DNA from: a virus
Lineage: Duplodnaviria; Caudoviricetes
Virus record (IMG/VR): IMGVR_UViG_3300005573_000100
Coordinates: 1 to 61,959 of that record
Length of the DNA stretch: 61,959 nt
Reading direction: 5' to 3' (one strand)
Part shown: positions 56,157 to 61,959 of the stretch, one piece after another
How positions within the stretch are numbered: position 1 is the stretch's first letter
How the letters are laid out: each line of letters begins with the position of its first letter
Translations under genes and position numbers: made by a program
Notes under the pieces: model-generated
The model's database searches: none
The model's input: the letters and a program-made list of their open reading frames with translations, nothing else
What the model was told of the DNA's origin: nothing

Positions 56157-57329
56157 ATGCCTGGTTTTAACGAGTACCTTAGAGATATATTAGTTTCCGT
56201 AATCACTGCTCCTATTGAATTAGTGTTAGCAGGAGCAAACATAACTGAAGAAGAAATCATGCCTGACACTGTATATTGCCCTTCTTGGAGGGGTGAAAAA
56301 ACTACCGTCACAATAGATGACGGTAAAAGAAAGGCCGTAGTAATTGCATGTCTAAATAAGTCATGGCATGGTGATCTTGTATACTGGAGGAATTGTATTC
56401 CGATAGCATCTATAAAAGACAACAGCGTTATTTTCCTCATCGACTTGGAAGAACTTTTCCATAGCCTACCAACGGAACAACTTGGTTTGTTCAACGAACT
56501 TGTCATAAGTGTTTTGAACAAATACAACGAAATAAGAAATGCACCCAAAAAAGCAGATGTGAATACAGTGCTTGAATGGATTGACAAGTATATTAGCTAT
56601 TACCCATCTAAACTCCGAAGTGACATTGGAGCTCTGGAAAGACAAATACAACGCGATGTACAAGAACTATCAGAAGAATACAGGAATTACCTACTCGTCG
56701 ATGGGGTATGTAAATCTTTATTCCAGCCCCAACCAATACAGGCATGGCGTGAAGACCAACTTGACGCCTTGCGAGAATCTGGTTTTGAAATAATACAACT
56801 AACACCAGGTAACAAGGGTATCAAAGAACTAGTAGCAGTATCCCCATCGATATGCATCGAAGAAGACTACACAAAGTATGTTTTGGGAAGGTACCTTGTA
56901 GATTTTGAACAGCATAGGGATAATGAACTAATAATAATGCCACTTACCAAAACTCCCGAAAGGAGGTATTTTCATCCCCACATCACACCTGAGGGCGTTC
57001 TTACAGATATTGTGAGGGCATGTATAGCTGTAGAATATCTTCGTGCATATAATGTAGGAACTGCCTTGTTGAAAATTAGATACATTCTCGAAACTTACAA
57101 TCCTGATCAGGCACTCATGTCGATCCAAAAGATATGTGGGGAAACATCATGTGAAGATAATCCAACGAAGGAAAAATGTATGATATGTGAAAAAGTTGGA
57201 ATATGCAAAGCATCTATTGAACTTGTAAAAGCATGCACAACTGCCATAGATAAGGGTGAATGCCAAAACTGCAATATTTACGAAAAATGTAAAATTGGAA
57301 GGAGGAATAATGACGAAAGACAAGAATGA
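56157..57329 (+). CDS. E2-fold paralog lacking the active-site Cys, with two Cys4 repeats
   Basis: AGGAGG RBS before MPGFN; HPHITPEGVLT; VGTAL......LETYNP shared with 54838. Confidence 0.65.
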   Translation: MPGFNEYLRDILVSVITAPIELVLAGANITEEEIMPDTVYCPSWRGEKTTVTIDDGKRKAVVIACLNKSWHGDLVYWRNCIPIASIKDNSVIFLIDLEELFHSLPTEQLGLFNELVISVLNKYNEIRNAPKKADVNTVLEWIDKYISYYPSKLRSDIGALERQIQRDVQELSEEYRNYLLVDGVCKSLFQPQPIQAWREDQLDALRESGFEIIQLTPGNKGIKELVAVSPSICIEEDYTKYVLGRYLVDFEQHRDNELIIMPLTKTPERRYFHPHITPEGVLTDIVRACIAVEYLRAYNVGTALLKIRYILETYNPDQALMSIQKICGETSCEDNPTKEKCMICEKVGICKASIELVKACTTAIDKGECQNCNIYEKCKIGRRNNDERQE

Positions 57330-57942
57330 AAAAGGCTATCTAACTACACCAGTAATATACTTGACACCAGAGGTTAGAGTCAGATTGACAACTTGGTTGG
57401 ATCTAGCGGATGGCGAATTTCTTGCATTTGGAGCAGCCGACTATTTTCCACCGGATGGAATAGTCGTAAATGACATATTCCTGCCTAAACAAACAGCCAC
57501 GTCATGCAATGCACTTTCAGACGGAAAGTGGATGATTGAATTTATGAATTTTTTGCAAAATCAAACAAACCCGGAGAAAATTAGATTCTTCTATCATTCC
57601 CATGGGTATTTGAATGCGTTCTTCTCCAACGTAGACGAAGACATGATGAGACGTCTATCTTCGGATACCTTCTTCGCTCATATGGTGGAGAACAAGAAAC
57701 GAGAATATGTGGCAAGGATAAATCTTTATGATCCGTTTCGTGTTGATGTAGAAGCGTGTGTGGATGTTCTTTACTCATGCCCAAAAGAAATAATAGAACA
57801 GGCTGAGAAAGAATTTACAGACAAGGTAGTTCAGCAAGAATTATATGGCGGTTTAGATGTTTGGAAAGATTTAGGTCCTTGGAGGAATTTCGATGAACCT
57901 ATATCAGAGACAGTACAAACTGTTCAACCCAGAAGAAAATGA
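57310..57942 (+). CDS. JAB/MPN+ metalloprotease (deubiquitinase-like)
   Basis: GEF...DIFLPKQ...YHSHGYLNAFFSNVD = E..HxH-x7-S-x2-D; GGAGG RBS. Confidence 0.9.
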   Translation: MTKDKNEKGYLTTPVIYLTPEVRVRLTTWLDLADGEFLAFGAADYFPPDGIVVNDIFLPKQTATSCNALSDGKWMIEFMNFLQNQTNPEKIRFFYHSHGYLNAFFSNVDEDMMRRLSSDTFFAHMVENKKREYVARINLYDPFRVDVEACVDVLYSCPKEIIEQAEKEFTDKVVQQELYGGLDVWKDLGPWRNFDEPISETVQTVQPRRK

Positions 57943-58606
57943 GCGTATAAGAATAGATGTAATAGGCGCTGGGTCTATGGGGTCATTTGCATCTTTGGCA
58001 ATAGCGAAGATGGGACTAAAAAAGATTACTGTGTATGATTTTGATAAGGTTGAGCAGGTAAACATACCAAATCAGTTTTATAGGCTGAGTGATGTTGGGG
58101 CCGCTAAAGTAGACGCCCTAAAAGACATAATTAGTCAATACACAGGTACCAACATAGTCGCTGAGTGTGGAAAGTTTCAGGAAAGGTACAAGCCAAAAGC
58201 AACAGATATAACCATAGTAACAGTAGATTCCTTGGATCAAAGGAAAGAAATATGGGGGCTAATCAAACACCACACTAGATGGGTAATAGATGCTAGAGCC
58301 GCAGGAGAATTCATAGTCATCTATGCCCTGCAACCAGAACTCGACAGTTTTAGATATGAATCCACATTGCGCCCTTCGTCAGAGGCCTATAGAGCCCCTT
58401 GTGGAGCTCAATCCATAATATACACTGTGATAGGAACAGCCAGTGTAATAGCCCTATACACAAAGCGTATTTTGTTTGGTTTGCATGTTCCGTTTGAAAC
58501 AATGTTGGACTTCGCACTATTAAATGGATGTAAAGATGGAAGGTTTGCTTTTCTGCCGACAGATAATGAAAAAACTGAACAGAAAGGAGATAACCATGAG
58601 GAATGA
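57893..58606 (+). CDS. E1/ThiF-family adenylyltransferase
   Basis: YQRQ, VIGAGSMGS, ITVYDFDKVE..N..NQ, VG..KVDAL, TVDS...R, IDAR; candidate Cys in APCG. Confidence 0.92.
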   Translation: MNLYQRQYKLFNPEENERIRIDVIGAGSMGSFASLAIAKMGLKKITVYDFDKVEQVNIPNQFYRLSDVGAAKVDALKDIISQYTGTNIVAECGKFQERYKPKATDITIVTVDSLDQRKEIWGLIKHHTRWVIDARAAGEFIVIYALQPELDSFRYESTLRPSSEAYRAPCGAQSIIYTVIGTASVIALYTKRILFGLHVPFETMLDFALLNGCKDGRFAFLPTDNEKTEQKGDNHEE

Positions 58607-58757
58607 AGAAAGAGAACGGCTTGGATTATGTTTGAGATGTGAAAAACCACTCAAACCAGAAGAATGGAAATACTGTGAGGAATGTGCACTATATGTTGCT
58701 CAACGGAACGCTGAAGGGTGGAAAAAAAGCGCATACACCGACCGCTTGGATTATTGA
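58596..58757 (+). CDS. Small zinc-finger protein
   Basis: AAGGAG RBS; GLCLRCEKP.....KYCEEC. Confidence 0.65.
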   Translation: MRNEERERLGLCLRCEKPLKPEEWKYCEECALYVAQRNAEGWKKSAYTDRLDY

Positions 58758-58992
58758 CGGCGACGATGTTGTTGGAGTTAGAAAACTAAAAGACGGAGAC
58801 TATATCGCGGTTGGTGATTACCCCTTTCAGCCTAAATATCCACCAGACATCAAAGTCTATGCCACCGAAAAGGAAGCTTGGGAGGCATACCATAAAATTG
58901 TAAATTCGTGTGACCATGACTATCAGATGATTTCTCATGATGAAGCCAAATGCAGAAAATGCGGGAATATAATTTGCGTTCCTGATATGTAA
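58693..58992 (+). CDS. Hypothetical protein with C-terminal CxH..CxxC
   Basis: CDHDY.....KCRKCG; start uncertain. Confidence 0.55.
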   Translation: MLLNGTLKGGKKAHTPTAWIIDGDDVVGVRKLKDGDYIAVGDYPFQPKYPPDIKVYATEKEAWEAYHKIVNSCDHDYQMISHDEAKCRKCGNIICVPDM

Positions 58993-59013
58993 TGAACCAG
59001 AAAGGAGGAAAAA

Positions 59014-59244
59014 ATGAGCACACGTGTTTTATGGGTTCTTGCAGGCATTGCTATGATTACTTGGATAATTCCTGGTATTGGATTCGTAGTATCAATAATA
59101 GGAATTGTTGGGGCATTGAAAAATATTTTCACAAACAAGAAAAATGACGCAGTCAGTATAATTACTCTGGCGATATTCACAAGCTCACTGCTTTTGTCGT
59201 CAGTTTATACACTTGGAAGGGTACTTAACTTTATATTCCAATAG
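59014..59244 (+). CDS. Small multi-TM membrane protein
   Basis: AGGAGG RBS; hydrophobic throughout. Confidence 0.7.
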   Translation: MSTRVLWVLAGIAMITWIIPGIGFVVSIIGIVGALKNIFTNKKNDAVSIITLAIFTSSLLLSSVYTLGRVLNFIFQ

Positions 59245-59254
59245 AACTAAAAAT

Positions 59255-59290
59255 GGGGGAGAAGCAAACTAAGTCTTCTCCCCTTTTTTT
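59255..59290 (+). terminator. Intrinsic terminator closing the Ubl operon
   Basis: ggggagaag/cttctcccc stem followed by TTTTTTT. Confidence 0.75.
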
Positions 59291-59292
59291 AC

Positions 59293-61077
59293 CTAAAACA
59301 CAAGTCTAGCTAATCTTTGTAAAAGACCTGGTTGTTGATTACCGGTCTGTGGACTAAAAAGACCGAATACCGGTCCAGGGGAAGAATGGGCTTGTTCTTT
59401 TTTTCTTAGCCTTGGAAGTAAACTTTCTGGTTTAACATCCTTTTCGGGAATTACCATCTTGCGGAAATTCCATCCTGGTCTCCACTGCCACCAATGCTTG
59501 GGCTCCTTCTGCAACTTAATTGTAGCAGCTGCTGGAGCTTCTTGGATCGGTTTTCCAATATCCTCCCTACTCCGCAGCATCTCTCTAAGTTCTTGATTTA
59601 ATTTATTTTTATTTATAGCTACCGTGTATTTCCATTCCTCTAAGGTTTTGGGAACTGGTCTATTCAGCAAACGGCTCCAAAATGAAGGTTTCATAACAGT
59701 GTAGTAACGTCTTACAATGACCTTTCTTTGCTCAGGAGGAAGATAAGATAGACCTTTTAATCTTACACCTCTCGCTTCCATCTGTAGAATTCTTTCTGGG
59801 TTATAATGAGGGTCAGCTATGGCCACAAATGTCGTATTGGGGAAACTTAATCCTTCTGCTCCTGCAGGAGACAGAATCAAAACCTTTATTTTTCCTTTGT
59901 TATATGCATCTGCAGCTTCCTGTCTCTGTAGTTCTGCAGGAACGTCCTCTCTGCCTTTTCCCATGAAGACCCCAAACTTGATTTTTCTATCTTTCAACCC
60001 CTGAGCTATTACGTCTACGCCACCAACCACATTATTGGTGAATATAAGAACTTCTCCTTTAGGATTGGCCCTAAGATGTTGCTCTACGTCGTCGAGTATT
60101 TTTTTGATTTTTGGAGTTTGCTCAGCTGCCTCCGATAGGCTTACTTTCGGATCCACAACATGAATGCTATTGCTAATCTGCTGAGCCCTAATCAATTTAG
60201 TTACTATAGCCTCCGCTTCCTTCATCGTTACAGGGATTCCTCGTTCTATTTTTAGCCTTGTTATTGGATCTATCGTCCCCATAACATATTTGTATCCTTG
60301 CTCTTGTAACGGACTCATTTTCACAGGGACCCATTCAACTACTTTACCGGGCATATCCAATTTTTGGGTCAACGGATCAAGATAATAGATATTATCTTTG
60401 AAGACCTTACGGAGTGTATCAATATCTTTTAAAACCCATACTTTCGCAACGCTGCCATCTGGAAAGACCTTCTTTACTTTTTGTAAAAATCTTTGTTTGA
60501 ACTCCTGCGGCGAGCTTACTGGGAACTTTTTACCTGTAACCGCCATCATAACCGGCACAAGTTCGGCTGGAGTATTGGAAGACGCTGTTCCTGTTAAGCC
60601 AATGAAATACTTTACTTTAGGAGAGGCGTACATTAGTGCCCTAGCAGTCAGGCTATCGAAGTTTTTGGCTCTGTGTATTTCATCCGAGATTATACCATCT
60701 ATAGGTTTACCATCTGGTGTCTGTAGGTATTTGTCTGGGTTTTCACGAAATAGCTCATAAGATATTATATTGTAATTTACATTTCCCTTTCTCTTAACTG
60801 TTTTTACATGTTTGTCTCTCCCATACCAGATAGTTACAGAGTCGTTAGTCCATTTCTTTACTTCCTCCTCAAAATTACTCCGTAGAGCAGCCGGGACTAT
60901 CACAAGGAAGTTCAAAGGTCTCTGCTCCTTCTGTGCCAGAGCTTCTGTGGACGCAATAGTTCCAAGAGTCTTACCAGAACCAACAGAAGCCAATATAAAC
61001 AGTCTTCCATTGTTCCTAAGAGCCGAACTAACCATCTCCTGCTGATGAGGCTGAAGTTCTGTCCCTTTCTTTAACAT
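59293..61077 (-). CDS. SNF2-family helicase/ATPase
   Basis: LQPHQ, VGSGKT, VIVPA.L..NF..E..KW, IISYE, DEIHRAKN, LTGT...N...EL, AGAEGL, YNP...Q..AR..R. Confidence 0.92.
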   Translation of the reverse strand: MLKKGTELQPHQQEMVSSALRNNGRLFILASVGSGKTLGTIASTEALAQKEQRPLNFLVIVPAALRSNFEEEVKKWTNDSVTIWYGRDKHVKTVKRKGNVNYNIISYELFRENPDKYLQTPDGKPIDGIISDEIHRAKNFDSLTARALMYASPKVKYFIGLTGTASSNTPAELVPVMMAVTGKKFPVSSPQEFKQRFLQKVKKVFPDGSVAKVWVLKDIDTLRKVFKDNIYYLDPLTQKLDMPGKVVEWVPVKMSPLQEQGYKYVMGTIDPITRLKIERGIPVTMKEAEAIVTKLIRAQQISNSIHVVDPKVSLSEAAEQTPKIKKILDDVEQHLRANPKGEVLIFTNNVVGGVDVIAQGLKDRKIKFGVFMGKGREDVPAELQRQEAADAYNKGKIKVLILSPAGAEGLSFPNTTFVAIADPHYNPERILQMEARGVRLKGLSYLPPEQRKVIVRRYYTVMKPSFWSRLLNRPVPKTLEEWKYTVAINKNKLNQELREMLRSREDIGKPIQEAPAAATIKLQKEPKHWWQWRPGWNFRKMVIPEKDVKPESLLPRLRKKEQAHSSPGPVFGLFSPQTGNQQPGLLQRLARLVF

Positions 61078-61183
61078 CTCCTTTTATTTTAGCGTGTAGA
61101 CTAATAGTTGACTATGAACTAATTGCAGTAAAAAAGATTAGTGATTACTGCAGCGGTCAACAATAGAATCTATCTTGAATTAG

Positions 61184-61462
61184 TCAAAGGCTCCTTAGTC
61201 CTTTTATTATGACCTTTCCGAGTGATGGGTATTTTCTAACCGTATCTTCTTGTTCTAAAATAGTCAGGACCTGAATTAACACATCCTTTGCTTCTTCTTT
61301 TATGACTCGATTTTTCCTATATGCCCTTATCTGCTCTTTAACAGTTTCTGGTCCATAATTCTCGTACGCGTATGCAAGGTCTTTTAGGATAAGCTGATCA
61401 ACTTTGGCTATAGCGTCTGTCAATCCTTGAATTCCTTTTATTTTGTTTATGATTTTTTTCAT
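61184..61462 (-). CDS. Hypothetical protein
   Basis: 92-aa ORF filling the gap. Confidence 0.6.
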   Translation of the reverse strand: MKKIINKIKGIQGLTDAIAKVDQLILKDLAYAYENYGPETVKEQIRAYRKNRVIKEEAKDVLIQVLTILEQEDTVRKYPSLGKVIIKGLRSL

Positions 61463-61470
61463 TGTTTAAC

Positions 61471-61505
61471 CTAAAAAAGGAAAGGGATAAAGTTAATCCC
61501 TTTCC
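61471..61505 (-). terminator. Intrinsic terminator
   Basis: ggaaagggat/atccctttcc stem followed by TTTTTTAG on the minus strand. Confidence 0.7.
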
Positions 61506-61514
61506 ATCATATTT

Positions 61515-61772
61515 TCAATCTACTACACCGAATAATTCCATGAGGAACACAAAACATGTTAGCAAAATAACAACCCCGCACAGCGCAAACACAACTGCCG
61601 CAGCAATTGTAAACTTGTTGGCCTTGCTAACCGACATTTTCCAGTTTGTCTCCATAAGTGTTCTTTTCGCGCTCGCTAATACCGAGTAAAAGACGTAAAG
61701 CTCAAGCGCAAAAACTACCGGTTGCAAAAAAACAGAAACAGGGATCAGCAACATTCTGTATTTCCGTATCAT
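61515..61772 (-). CDS. Two-TM membrane protein
   Basis: AGGAGGT RBS; two hydrophobic helices. Confidence 0.7.
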   Translation of the reverse strand: MIRKYRMLLIPVSVFLQPVVFALELYVFYSVLASAKRTLMETNWKMSVSKANKFTIAAAVVFALCGVVILLTCFVFLMELFGVVD

Positions 61773-61806
61773 TTTTTACCTCCTTTCTTAGGTTTAATTT
61801 ATCTTC

Positions 61807-61824
61807 CTATCACTTATATCTATA
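61807..61824 (-). promoter_or_regulatory. Class A motif (TATAG-N7-TGATAG)
   Basis: ttttgtggTATAGatataagTGATAGg on the minus strand. Confidence 0.55.
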
Positions 61825-61959
61825 CCACAAAACCACCAGATTATTCCACAAAGTTGCCTATTAGTAGTAACCAATTGATTTCTATTAAAAAATCTATTCG
61901 TTTTGGCTAATTCCAAAATAGACGAATGTTTGCTATAATCAAGACCAAATGGGATATAT

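Noticed and set aside
54340-58606. Thiamine/molybdopterin sulfur-carrier pathway (ThiS/ThiF)
   Set aside because: No ThiG, MoaE, rhodanese or desulfurase nearby; E2-fold and JAB genes point to protein conjugation
1-61959. Alternative genetic code (stop-codon reassignment)
   Set aside because: Conserved genes are full-length in code 11, and TAA, TAG and TGA all end genes at sensible positions

Overview
This window is a fragment of a large tailed-phage (Caudoviricetes, contractile tail) genome read with the standard genetic code. It contains: (i) a single-chain, bacterial-type beta-beta' RNA polymerase (2047 aa) and a separate RpoD-like sigma70; (ii) a minus-strand replication/recombination block (PolA, primase, DnaB-like helicase, SSB-like protein, RecA, PD-(D/E)XK nuclease, RusA, UDG, SF2 helicase, with an amidase embedded); (iii) scattered virion genes (terminase, portal, sheath, tube, a G/GT-type chaperone pair with a -1 slippery site, tape-measure-like and baseplate-like genes); (iv) glycosyltransferases, an adenine MTase, a LAGLIDADG endonuclease and an SNF2 ATPase. 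The most striking element is a 10-gene transcription unit at 54.0-59.3 kb encoding a ubiquitin-like conjugation set: Ubl, two E2-fold paralogs (one with and one without the active-site Cys, both ending in Cys4 repeats), a JAB protease and an E1. Two promoter classes can be read from the sequence: sigma70-like TTG-17-TA promoters, and a phage-specific TATAA-N7-TGA(A/T)AG motif in front of accessory units. No capsid gene, tRNA, rRNA or CRISPR array was recognised. All calls come from motif recognition by eye; no database searches were run.
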